From Octopus vulgaris (Eukaryota), in assembly GCA_951406725.2 (NCBI GenBank), contig OX597822.1, positions 87,730,001-87,794,000 of the forward strand: a stretch of DNA of 64,000 bases. The letters run 5' to 3'. This document shows, piece after piece, positions 37,637 through 48,876 of the stretch. Below the pieces are notes generated by a model, which saw only the letters and a list, made by a program, of their open reading frames with translations, did not search any database and was not told the origin of the DNA. A program made the translations under genes and the position numbers. How positions within the stretch are numbered: position 1 is the first letter of the stretch; each line of letters opens with the position of its first letter.

Positions 37637-38912
37637 TTGGGTTGTTTGAAAAGTTCGTGCCAATTTTTAAAGGAAAGAAAAAGGTCAATAAATACTTGCC
37701 ATTACATTTTAATCAACCAAATATCAACTAATTTGTTGCACAATGCCTCTCCATCTTTCCTTTAACTTGAAAATACCCTCTTCCCAGAATTGAGGTGGTT
37801 TCATGGCAAAGAATTCATCAAGGTATCTTTTTACGTCATCCAAGGAATTGAAATTTTTACCATTTAGACTATTCTGCAGAGACCTGAATAAGTGGAAATC
37901 TGAAGGAACAATATCTGGTGAATATGGAGGGTGGGATAACACATCCCAGCCGAGCTGCAGCAATTTTTGTCTGGTTCCCAAAGAAACGTGCAGTCTTGGA
38001 TTATCTTGGAAAAAAATACCTTTCCTGTTGGCCAATTCTGGATGTTTCTCGTGAATTGCTGCTTTTAACTCATCCAGTTGTGTGCAGTATTTCTCAGAAT
38101 TGTCTGGTTACTTGGGAGAAGCTAATAGTAAAGAATTCCTTTCCAATCCCACCAGACACAAAGCAAGACATTTTTAGTATGAAGACCCGCTTTTGGGGTG
38201 GCTAAGGGTGGCTCATGTCGCTTACTGCAGGGTCGCTTTCTCTGAACATTTCGGTAGATAATCCATTTCTCATCACCTGTCACAATTTTATTTAAAAAAG
38301 GCACGTTTTCATTCTGTTTATAAAGTGAATCACAGATGGAAATGCGATCCAAAAGGTTCTTCTCACTCAACTCATGTGGTAGCCAAACATCGTAGCAATT
38401 TGTGTACCCAAGCTTTACCAGGTGCTCATGAACAACGGATTTTGATAGGTTGAGGCTTTCTGCCAATTCTCGGGTTGTACAATGTGGGTTATTCTCAATT
38501 AATGACTTTATTTGGTCATCATCTGTAGTGGATGGTCAGCCTGATTGCTCTTTATCAATAAGGCTACAATTTCCAGCTCGGAACCTTGCGAAGTACTTCC
38601 ATACAGTACTTTCGGATAAAGAATCATCACCATAAACTGTGCATATTTCTTTGATTGCTTGTGAGGCATTTTTCCCTTTACGGAAAAAGAAAAGCATCAA
38701 GTGCCGAAAATGAACTTTCTTATCTTCCATTTTGAAGGGTTACAGAATTAACACAGGTTATAGGAACATAAACCTTTTTCCACGAAAAGATAGTTTAAAC
38801 TGTGCTCTAAATGGAGGTGTAGTAAAATCCTATTTTATGGACTCAACCATGTTCTAAAATAAGTCGAAAGGTAAGCTACAATAAATCGGCACGAACTTAC
38901 CGGACAACCCAA
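37637..38912 (-). mobile_element. Full-length mariner (DD34D, mellifera-subfamily-like), ~1.28 kb
   Basis: TA target duplication; TIRs ttgggttgtttgaaaagttcgtgcc / ggcacgaacttaccggacaacccaa. Confidence 0.93.
37709..38730 (-). pseudogene. Mariner transposase pseudogene
   Basis: MEDKKVHFRHLMLFFFRKGKNASQA, WLPHEL, IVTGDEKW, QDNPRLH, HPPYSPDIVPSDFHLF. In-frame stops at 38536, 38122 and 37724, and one frameshift between 38122 and 38035. Confidence 0.92.
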
Positions 38913-39184
38913 TATAATGCAAAATCCTAACAAGAAATATTAATATCGTCCGAAATTATGTCCCTTACTTGCCGTTTAGAAAATTGTCACGAGTTGCATT
39001 TCTTGTTTAGCAAAGGAGGTAATATCAACACAAGTCAGAATAGTGTTTGTGAAAAGTTTCTTTTTACAGTTACTTCCCTTAAAATCTTTTTAATTTTTTT
39101 ATTTTGTACGGGAGATAACAAAAAGTGTTTTTATGTAAGCTGCGCTGTAATAGTTGTTTCCCTTGAAATACACACACACATATA

Positions 39185-40037
39185 TAAAAACTTACTTGGA
39201 GAAAAGAAAAGAAATGAAACGAAACGACGCGAGGGCGCTCAGTCATACAATAATTTAATAAATAGGAAAGAAAAAAATGTGACAAGAACAGGACGTAAAA
39301 GCAATACAAATAAGAATACAAATAAAAATACAAATACAATATAAAAATACAAATACAAAAAAATACGGTACACATAAAGAATAAAAACAAGACAATGAAA
39401 CCAACATTGAGGGCCTTTTTTTAAGCCTAGACGATGGAAAAATTCAGAGCGTAAGAAAAAGTCGTGTTGACTTGTAGAAAGCTGCGAGTGAAAGGAAGTT
39501 GGTCGTCCACTCGGCAGTGAGAGAGATGAGGAGGAGTGAAAGAGAGAGAGAGATAGAGAGGAAAGGAAACCAGAAAGGGTGAAAAATAAGGAGAGAGACA
39601 GACAAAGTAGAAGACAGACAAGTAAGTTTTTATATATAATTATGACGCGAACTCTGTAACCCTTTGCTTAACCTTTCCTTCCTTCCTGTCTGTCTTCCTA
39701 TTTTTTTGTATTTGTATTTTTATTTTGTATTTGTATTTTTATTTGTATTGCTTTTACGTCCTGTTCTTGTCACATTTTTTTCTTTCCTTGTTTTTACCCC
39801 TCTGCAAAGGAATTTTATTTAATTCTTTTGCAGGAAGGATTGATTCGACGGGGCGTGTTCTGTCCTTACCTTCGAAACACGCATTGAGTCGAACCAGGGA
39901 CAGCTGATGAAGGGGAATATTCCTTGTATTGTTTGTCTTGTACTCTGTTTTTTCGTTGTTAAAAAAAGTTCGTTTCCATGTTTGTTTTTATGTTTTCGTT
40001 TCTCGTTGAGTTCTACGTCTATTTGTGGTGTCCTGTA

Positions 40038-40040
<3 letters not shown>
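39185..40040 (+). mobile_element. PLE-like terminal-repeat element with an internal inverted repeat
   Basis: Inverted arms ~39263-39368 and ~39698-39789; ends in (TA)n; carries a hammerhead-like motif. Confidence 0.6.
39844..39915 (+). ncRNA. Candidate hammerhead ribozyme with non-canonical strand order
   Basis: gcgtg-T-T-ctgtcctt / cttc-GAAA-cacgc / agggacag-CTGATGA-a-gggg: stem III 6 bp, stem I 8 bp, stem II 4 bp (2 GU). Confidence 0.55.
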
Positions 40041-40121
<81 letters not shown>

Positions 40122-40171
40122 GATGTAGGTACGTACATATATGTATGCATATATTTTATTTATTAAATTAT

Positions 40172-40210
<39 letters not shown>

Positions 40211-40212
<2 letters not shown>

Positions 40213-41073
40213 TAGTTAGTTAGTTAATTTGGCTCAAAAGCAAATAGCAAAGCCATGTAGGGGGACATGGAGTTAAGTACAGGGTGGTGTTCATGTAAAG
40301 AGTTCAGGCCACTTGAGATCAAGGGAGGCTTTGAACAAAGCGGTCGTCGGCATCTTCACCATCTCGTCTGGCAGCTTGTTCCACGGATCCGCAACCCGGA
40401 CGGAGAAAGCTCCTCTCCTTCGATTGAGATGAAATCGTCGCAGGTAGAGCTTTTCGGAATGACCCCGCAGCCGACGCTCCGGAGCAGGAGTGAAGAACAG
40501 CTCTTTCGAGAGGTTACACTTTCCGCTTATGATGCTGTGGGCGAGAATGAGATCACCACGGCGGCGGCGTTTTTCTAGAGAATAAAGGTCGAGCGTCCTC
40601 AGCCTTTCTTCATAGGACAAATTTTTGAGACCATGAACCATGCGGGTAGCCAGCTTCTGGACTCTTTCGAGATGCTGTATGTCTTTGAGGAGATAAGGAG
40701 AAGAGGCTTGAATCCCGTATTCCAATATGGGTCTCACCAGCGTGACATAGAGTGGTAGGAATATGGCTGCTGTGAGCATTCCGAATGACCGTCGAATCAA
40801 GAACAGAATTCCGCGTGCTTTGTTGGCAGCATGGACGCACTGGGCCGAAGGCGAAATGGAGGAATCCACCAAGATACCCAGGTCCTTTACCTGATCGGTC
40901 CTCTCCAGCAGCAGACGACCCGGCTCGAAATCAAGTTGAGTTGCAGGAGGAGAACCAACAGGCAGATGACAGCACTTTGACACGTTCAGACACAGGTCCC
41001 ATTCGTTAGACCACCTCCAAATTTGGTGGAGGCATCGACGAAGATCCTCTATATCACCGCGAGGAGCGACCAG
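40211..41073 (-). mobile_element. CR1-clade LINE 3' fragment, uninterrupted ORF2 C-terminus (40291-41073)
   Basis: KDLGILVD, LYVTLVRPILEYG, LERVQKLATRMV..LSYEERL..L.SLEKRRRRGDLI, RGHSEKL, FSVRV..WNKLP; (TAAC)n tail; (GT)n on both flanks. Confidence 0.93.
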
Positions 41074-41104
41074 TTGTGTGTGTGCGCGCGTGCGTGTGTG
41101 TGTG

Positions 41105-41812
41105 TGTGTTAGGAGACTTTTCATAGATTTAGGCTACAATCCTCCAAACACACACGATCATAAAAAGCAAGAGACAGCTTAAATCTATGAAAAGTCTCCT
41201 AACACAAGCCCGAATACGCTCTTCAACACAGAAGCCGACAGTAAAAAAATGTGGAAGACCCAATTGCGGGATATGCGATTATCTAATTGAGGGATCAGAG
41301 TTCTCCTTCAAACAGGGACAACGGTTTACAGTGAAAAGCAACTTCACATGTGCTTCGGAGAACCTGATATACACACTTACCTGCTCTGGGTGTCAAGAGC
41401 AATACATAGGGCAAACAAAAAATAGTTTGCGTAAAAGAATAGCCCTACACAGATCCCAGATGAAAATTCCCCAAAACAGAAAAATAGCATTCAGCCAACA
41501 CATAGATACTTGCGCCAACAACAAAACACCAAGCTTCAGGATTTTCCCCCTCTACCAAATCAGGGACGATACTACCTCGAGCCAACGAATAAGTAAAGAA
41601 ACTCTCTTTATTACAAAATATAGGCCCCTTCTGAACGGGTCTACATCAAACGATACATACACCTCGGCTTTAGAATAACACAAATACACACGCAAATATT
41701 ACATTCCTAAGAATCCATTACAAATCAGCCCCAATCACAGCTATAACCCATAACGTGTCAACTTTAAGTCATACAACACCTCACTACTTCCACTCATTCA
41801 TATTCTCCCTTC

Positions 41813-41869
<57 letters not shown>

Positions 41870-42450
41870 TTCTTCTTCATCATCATCATCATCATCATCA
41901 TCCTCTTCTTCTTCTTCATCATCAACATCGTCATCATCATCTTCTTCTTCTTCTTCTTCTTCTTCTTCTTCTTCTTCTTCTTCTTCTCCCCCTTCTACTT
42001 CCTAACTTTATCACTAATGCTTTTTAGTATAACACCTACGCAAATTCTATAAACAAACCTTTCAATAGAATTGAACAGCAACTGCTACCCGCCACTGATC
42101 ACTCAAAATACGACAATCAAGGCACTCCCAAATTTTCCCCCTTCCCCTCATCCTTCTTCTTCTTCTTCTTCTTCTTCTTCTTCTTCTTCTTCTTCTTCTT
42201 CTTCTTCTTCTTCCCTACCAAGAATTCACAACGACCTCGAACCCACAAGTGTAAACAAGATAGACAGAGAAAGGCAGAAACAAGGAAAATGCCACTTATA
42301 TTTGAACACTATACAAATATTCCTTTAAAAAAACTTTTATTTTATTTTTTCTAAATTTAATTATTTAATCGTTACTGTTGAAAAGGTCTCAAAATGACTG
42401 AAATGTTCTTTATAAAATTATTTTATCATTTTCTATCTTGACTTGTTTTT
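41105..42450 (+). mobile_element. Penelope-like element 3' fragment with a short 5' inversion
   Basis: ~31-bp inverted repeat 41105-41135 / 41176-41206; GIY-YIG ORF; 3' region contains (CAT)n/(CTT)n runs. Confidence 0.8.
41187..41678 (+). CDS. GIY-YIG endonuclease domain of a Penelope-like element (5'-truncated)
   Basis: KCGRPNCGIC linker, NLIYTLTCSGCQEQYIGQT..LRKRIALHR, H..C, KE..FI..Y.P.LN. Confidence 0.85.
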   Translation: MKSLLTQARIRSSTQKPTVKKCGRPNCGICDYLIEGSEFSFKQGQRFTVKSNFTCASENLIYTLTCSGCQEQYIGQTKNSLRKRIALHRSQMKIPQNRKIAFSQHIDTCANNKTPSFRIFPLYQIRDDTTSSQRISKETLFITKYRPLLNGSTSNDTYTSALE

Positions 42451-42473
42451 TCATATATATATATATATATATA

Positions 42474-42799
42474 GGGTAAAGACCCCCTTCGGTCATGGAT
42501 GACCATGGGATTGCACCTAGAAAGTTACCCTCCTAGGCACAAGTCCGGGCAAGGTTGTTTATGGAAGACCAGCAGTCGCCCATGCATACCGGCCTCCCCT
42601 CTCCACGCCACCAGTTTTATCCAAGGGAAAGACAAAGGCCGATACAGCTTGGCACCTGTGACGTCGCAACTCATTTCTACAGTTGAGTGAACTGGAACAA
42701 CGTGAAATAAAGTGCCTTGCTCAAGAACACAACACGCAGCCCGGTCCGGGATTCGAGCTCACAACCTCACGATCGTAAGCTCGACGCTCTAACCACTGA

Positions 42800-42803
<4 letters not shown>
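42474..42803 (-). mobile_element. tRNA-derived SINE (second family), CpG-rich and probably young, within (TA)n
   Basis: Head tggctcagtggttagagc..agctcgaatccc (A/B boxes), central ttgagcaaggcacttt..ccagttcactcaactgtagaaatg. Confidence 0.88.
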
Positions 42804-42847
<44 letters not shown>

Positions 42848-42851
42848 ATTG

Positions 42852-42900
<49 letters not shown>

Positions 42901-43189
42901 ATTGCTGGCACAAAGGTATAAAGTCGACCCAGGCGGAATTTGAACTTGGTACATACACTTTGACAAAGTAGTGCTAAGAATTTTTGCCAACTCATATATA
43001 TTTATTTAAACACACGTACACACACACATATACATATTTATATATCATGTCAAGTTTTGTTACTTTCGTGAAGTAGAAGACGTTTTGTTCCATTTCACGT
43101 CCCTTGGTAATAAATGTCGAATCATGGCCCTATTCCCTACTACAATAGGAGAAATGTAACCAAGGAAAGCAACGTAGTTCTATTGTTAA

Positions 43190-43720
43190 CGACAGGACAC
43201 AGAAGGACACACATCTGCAATATTCAACAGCCAATAGATTCTGGTCGACCTCCGTAATGAATTCTGTATCCATCTTGACCACCATGAAAATAATGAACCC
43301 TGCGATTCCTGGATAAAATGCTCTTCCGACACCCATCCCTTCGTCGCTGCCTTCATTCATGCCGACGCAGGCATCAGGTTTCTCCACTTCCCTTTCACGA
43401 CCAACCCAAGCTATCCGTTACAACGCTATTGCAGACACTGGATGCCAGTCGTACCTCTCTGGGAAAAGTCTCCTAGCGAAACAGGGCCTAGACCAGCGTG
43501 AACGTAAAAAGGTCAACATAAAAATGAGTGCCACTCAGCGCAGCTCTATAGATATCATCGGTGCCCTGACCCTACGCATATCTGGGACTGTCCCATCATC
43601 TGCTTAGTGCACGACCCGTCAATTTGCGTATATTACTTCTTCAACTGACAAACCTTTTCCTCTGCAATCAAGTGTGTGCCACCCTCGTGTTATTCATCAC
43701 CAATTCGTTAGAATTGGAAA
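43190..43720 (+). pseudogene. Gypsy aspartic protease remnant
   Basis: NAIADTGCQSYLSG (D-T-G active site)..IDIIGALTLRISG; paralogous to 37230-37500. Confidence 0.8.
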
Positions 43721-44460
43721 TAGGTGTGGGAATGTAGGCATCCCGATGGAAACATCTCGAAACGATGTTATCTGCTTCATATTGACATCGATTGGAAAAA
43801 AGGAAAACAGCCCATACTATTGCGTTGTGTTGTTTAGAAAGGAAACGATTTAATGTATCCATGAGAGAAGGGCAGATTCTTAAACCATTTAATTGGATAT
43901 TCAGATGTTTATAATTATGGCCCTCGTTTTCAAAGGGGGATTATATTTAAACACTTGCCATATCAAAGTCATGGCAAGAATTATGTTTCTTGTTTGCAAG
44001 GGAGGTAATTTGAAAAAAATCGCAAATCTTGGTTGGTAAAGTTACTTCCCTTAGTAAAGGATTTATATTTATCAAATTTTAAGTCAGATTTTTGCCTTGA
44101 AATATCTTAAATGTTTCTTAAATATGGCAGGCACTATATATGGACCCAAGGGAATGGAGGTGAAGTCGAATCAGACGGAATTTGAACTCGGAACATAAAG
44201 TCTGACAAAATATAACACTATCTCATGTATTTTTCTTTAATACACGCACACACATATGTGTGTGGATATATCTATATATCTGCATGTGTGTTTGTGTGTG
44301 TGTGTGTGTATGTATAAATAGCAGAGCGTAAAAGACTTTCTAACCTTCCCGAGTGTCAAGCTAATACACCTGCTTGTTGTTCATACACCTGTATTCGTCT
44401 TTTGTTTTTGGGCAAATTTCAACAATATATATATATATATTTATATATATATATACATAT

Positions 44461-44960
44461 ACAACTTATAAATAAGGGCAAACGAAAAAAATTTTCTAAT
44501 GCCATATGCTGAAAATTAGACATATTGTCCATAACCATTATAATTTTTCACAGAACGCACGCTACTCCAAAAAAGGTCGACACACATTTCTAAAAAATTC
44601 CATTATTACCACACCGGACCGATTTCAGGGTTAGCTCGTAAGAGCCCTCCCTTCGTCAGTGATAAATGTGGCAAAGAAATAAATGAGATACTTACTCATA
44701 CCCATGGAAGAAGCAATCTGTCCGATGTGGTAATAATGGAATTTTTTAGAAATGTCTGTCGACCTTTTTTGGAGTAGCATGCGTTCTGTGAAAAATTATA
44801 ATGGTTATGGACAATATGTCTAATTTTCGGCATATGGCATTAGAAAATTTTTTTCGTTTGCTCTCATTTATAAGTTGTTTATAAATTTAACCTTTAAAGG
44901 TATTTTTTAATATGCTGGCCATTGATAAAATTTTTTTCGAAAAAATATTTTATCCTACAT
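44461..44960. mobile_element. Palindromic PLE-like element with an intact minimal hammerhead core (minus strand, 44611-44666)
   Basis: ~158-bp arms 44461-44619 and 44720-44878; minus strand CTGACGA-aggg..gctc-ttac-gagc..ccct-GAAA-tcgg-TC. Confidence 0.75.
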
Positions 44961-45425
44961 TAAATATATATATATATATATATACATAAACATCTATATT
45001 AACATTATATATACAAAAATATATGCACCATATTTATTGTATACATGTATGAGTGTGTGTGCATATGTAAGTGGATGTATATGTGCATGTGTGTGTGTGT
45101 GTATGCGCATGCAATTGAGGGTGTATTAAGGAGGGAAATGAGTTACTGAAAGGTTTGTGTGCTGAAATGTAATGCTATCTGAGTAAGGTGACTCAGTCCA
45201 GCCAATAGTTCGTAGGTTCAATGTGCAGAAAACATCTGCTTCTGAAGCTCGAAAACAGTGGGACGTGGGCTGGAACTAACTGTTAATGATTCATGCATTT
45301 CTACTTTCATTAGAGTTCACAACATATCAGCCCCCCCACCACCATCACCTCGCTGCCACTCACCTCATTCTGCTAACAGCTGTACACAGTTCGGATCAGT
45401 TTAGATGGTGGCAGACAGAAGAATC

Positions 45426-45426
<1 letters not shown>

Positions 45427-45456
<30 letters not shown>

Positions 45457-45472
45457 TGTATGTATGTATGTA

Positions 45473-45512
<40 letters not shown>

Positions 45513-45544
45513 TATGTATGTATGTATGTATGTGTGTGTATGTA

Positions 45545-45575
<31 letters not shown>

Positions 45576-45762
45576 ATGTATGTATGTATGTATGTATGTG
45601 TGTGTGTGTATGTATGTATGTATGTATGTGTGTGTGTGTATGTATGTGTGTGTGTATGTATGTATGTATGTATGTATGCATGCATGCATGTATGTATGTA
45701 TGTATGTGTGTGTGTGTGTATGTGTGTATGTATGTATGTATGATGTGTGTGTGTGTATGTAA

Positions 45763-45800
<38 letters not shown>

Positions 45801-46300
45801 ATGTATGTATGTATGCATGCATGTATGTATGTATTTATGTATGTATGTATGTATGTATGTATATATGACTAAGTGGTTACTGATGATGTTGACTTGTTCT
45901 TCTTTTCGGATTATGGCTGCTGTTGCTTAGTGAGTGGGATTGACTCAGTGCTCAGCCTTTCCTCACTTTAAAAAAAATCTTCTTGCACAGGCATTGCACG
46001 ATAACAACATTGATCAAGCTTCGTGCAATGGCCATACTTGATAACGAGGGGGCAGCCACCATGTATATATGCATGTATGTATGTATTTATTTACATATGT
46101 ATGCATATGTGTGTGTATGTATGTATTTGTGTATGTAATGTTGTGCTGTATGTTTGTTATGTGTGTATGCACATGCATGTATGCGTGTCTGTGTATGTTT
46201 GTATGTATGTGTCTATGTCTGCTTGTATGTGTGTATGTATGTATCTATGTGTGTGTGTATGTTCTCTTTTCTGTACATGTGTGTGTATGTGTGTGTGTTT
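45427..46300. repeat. (TATG)n/(TG)n microsatellite arrays (45427-45865; degenerate 46060-46300)
   Basis: Directly visible. Confidence 0.95.
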
Positions 46301-46854
46301 TTAGATTCTTTATTTGGGGAAGAAACTGGTTTCTAACAAAGATACAAAGTTCCATCATTGGAATGTAGGTAACAATGACAATGTCACATTTTAAACTTGA
46401 GCAAAGTCTTGAAGACTCTTATTCTTCCTCTCACAGATTGTATTTGTAATGTACGAGTTATTTGTTTGATTTCTTGTTTTTTTTTTTTCGATACAAAATG
46501 CTGTAGCAAAAAAAAAAAAAACTGTGCGGGCTATAATTTCGGTAGAAATAACATTAACAAGATATCATAAAAAAAGCTCCTTAATGTATCATTCAACAAA
46601 ACATACAGCATATATAATATGATACAAGAGAAAACGTTAAGGAGTGGGCAGAGTCATAGATAATAAATTACTTACCTGCCGGAATTAATGCAAATAAAAT
46701 ATAATAACTATAATGATAAATATAATAATATGACTTATTTAAATGTTTTTAAGTTACGAAACAACTTGTCGTGAAATTAAAATTTTCTTACAGTTAAATA
46801 AAATTTCATCAATCTATTTCTCTGTCATTTGTGACTGTAAATATATATATATTG

Positions 46855-47055
46855 ATCGCCATGTTGATTCGCTAGCTTCTGCATGCATTTTTTTTCTCTC
46901 CTTGTTTCTTTTCTGTGTATCTTTCTGTCGAAGAGTGTAGGCTCGAAACGTAAAAGACTTGTTTTATTTATATTCCTGAGCGCCATACTAATACAATTGT
47001 TTGTTTGTATTCCACCTGCCTTCGTCTTTTGTTTATTTTCATAAAGCTTCCCGTT
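46855..47055 (+). mobile_element. ~200-bp PLE-like repeat with hammerhead-like motif (copy 2)
   Basis: tcttt-CTGTCGA-a-gagt-gtag-gctc-GAAA-cg-TA-aaaga at 46920-46957; a related 3' fragment lies at ~44326-44425. Confidence 0.75.
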
Positions 47056-47889
47056 AATATATGTGTGTATATTTATATCTATATGTGTGTGGTGTGACTG
47101 TGTGTCTGTATTATGTGTGTGCATTTGTGTGTAATTTCAAAGTAAATATAGCTTTCCACTAGTAACCATACAGTTCCTTAATCACTTACACTAAACCTCA
47201 ATTCCAAACTCTATCCACAACCCTTGTCAGTAACCATAAACTTCAACCCCAAGCTCAAACCCTGAACCCAACACTACCACTACCACTAACTCTTACCTCT
47301 AAACTCTAACTTGATTAACTAACTGTAATCCCAAATCCTATATCTTAACTCCAAATCTAAATTACTGATCCTAACCCTAAACCTAACCCTAAACCTAACC
47401 CTGTACCTCACATCTAAACCAGTCCTAAATAAAAACATCAAATTTGTATGAATCATGAATTGTACGAATCATAAATTGTACCATATTTTATTGAATATTA
47501 CTGCAAAGTAAATCATATGGGCTTCCCATCTTTCTTTAAATATTGCATTCCATGCAGATGGAACGGAAGAAGCCTGTTATATCGAGTCATGTCGCAAATA
47601 TTTGTATAATTTATAAATCATTAAAGTTACAATATTAAGTCTATACTGTAAAAGAATAAAGAAAAGAAGCTAATGTTTTATATATAATATGAAGAACATA
47701 TACCTGTACATATCATAGTGTAAATCTTTGAAACGATTTGTTTCCAGAACTGTATCTCTCATCAGGTGGCATAAAAATAATAAAATTCCATTTTGACTAT
47801 AAGAGTAAATGTTGCATGGGTTAGATGTAAAACTGTGCGTATTAGACTTAAACACATGTAATAAGAACTTAGAGTGATATGGTTTTTGT

Positions 47890-48140
47890 TAGTAATGGTG
47901 GTAGTTATGGCAGTGGTTGTGGTGGTGGTGATGGTGGTAGTGGTGATGGTGATGATGGTAGTGGTGGTGGTGCTGCTGGTGGTGTTGTTGATGATACTGC
48001 TGGTGTTGGTATATCTGCTGGTTATAGTGCAGGTAGTGATGGGGTGGTGGTGGTGGTGGTGGTGGTGGTGGTGGTGGTACTGGCGGTGGTACTGTTGATT
48101 GTGTTAGGGCTGGTGGTAGTGGTAGTAGTAGTGGTGGAAA
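47890..48140. repeat. Degenerate (GGT)n microsatellite
   Basis: Directly visible. Confidence 0.9.
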
Positions 48141-48876
48141 TTGCTAGGGTCCGGGTAATCCTGAGCATGCAGATCTTTGGTCAAAGCCATTGCATCTATG
48201 GTTATCCTTTCTTTTTAGAGAACAAGACTGTATTCACTAACATGTCTTTTACATTACTTAAGACGTTAGAGAGTGCTTTTGAAGAGCTGTAACTACTTTT
48301 TTTCAAGCTGGTTAGTGACCACACAGAGGGAAACAATATTCATTTTGGATGTCATAATCAACTGGATCACGCAGTTATAGCATATGCCAGTGATTCTCAA
48401 CGGGGTTCATGTGAACCCTTGTGATGAATATAAAATTTTGGAAGTCCACGCAAGCAAAATAGTAAACCGGAGATCCACAGTAGTATTTTAAGAGTCCATC
48501 AAAATATTTTGATTACGATGCTTTAATATTTATTGCAAGAAACAACTAGGTTTCTTTCTCTAATGTTTTACATAATTCAATGTTTCTAGCCAGTGAAACA
48601 AGCTTTCTCAGAGAGTTCTATTGTAAAACTTGTACAAGTGAGAGTGTGAAAAGCAAAATAGGAATTTTGAAAGTATCCAAGAAAGTAGTTTTTAAACATT
48701 GATTGGGTATAGGGGTCCACCATAATAAAATAGTGAGCAATGGAGTCCATAAGTTTAAAAATGGTTGAGAAACATTGAACGAGACAATAATGTTACTGCT
48801 CTTAAATTTCAAACATAACGAAGACAAAAATATAGTAAATACATACTGAATAAGAGGTTAATGATATAGATATAAA

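Noticed and set aside
42378-42410. Hammerhead at the end of the GIY-YIG element (ttgaaaa-ggtc..gact-gaaa-tgttc)
   Set aside because: Two core mismatches and no stem I; at best a dead remnant.
42738-42803. tRNA gene
   Set aside because: It is a SINE head: acceptor stem incomplete and followed by SINE body.
45992-46030. Hairpin cattgcacga/tcgtgcaatg with a miR-92-like seed
   Set aside because: Only a 10-bp stem with a 19-nt loop; too short for a pre-miRNA and no match beyond the seed.
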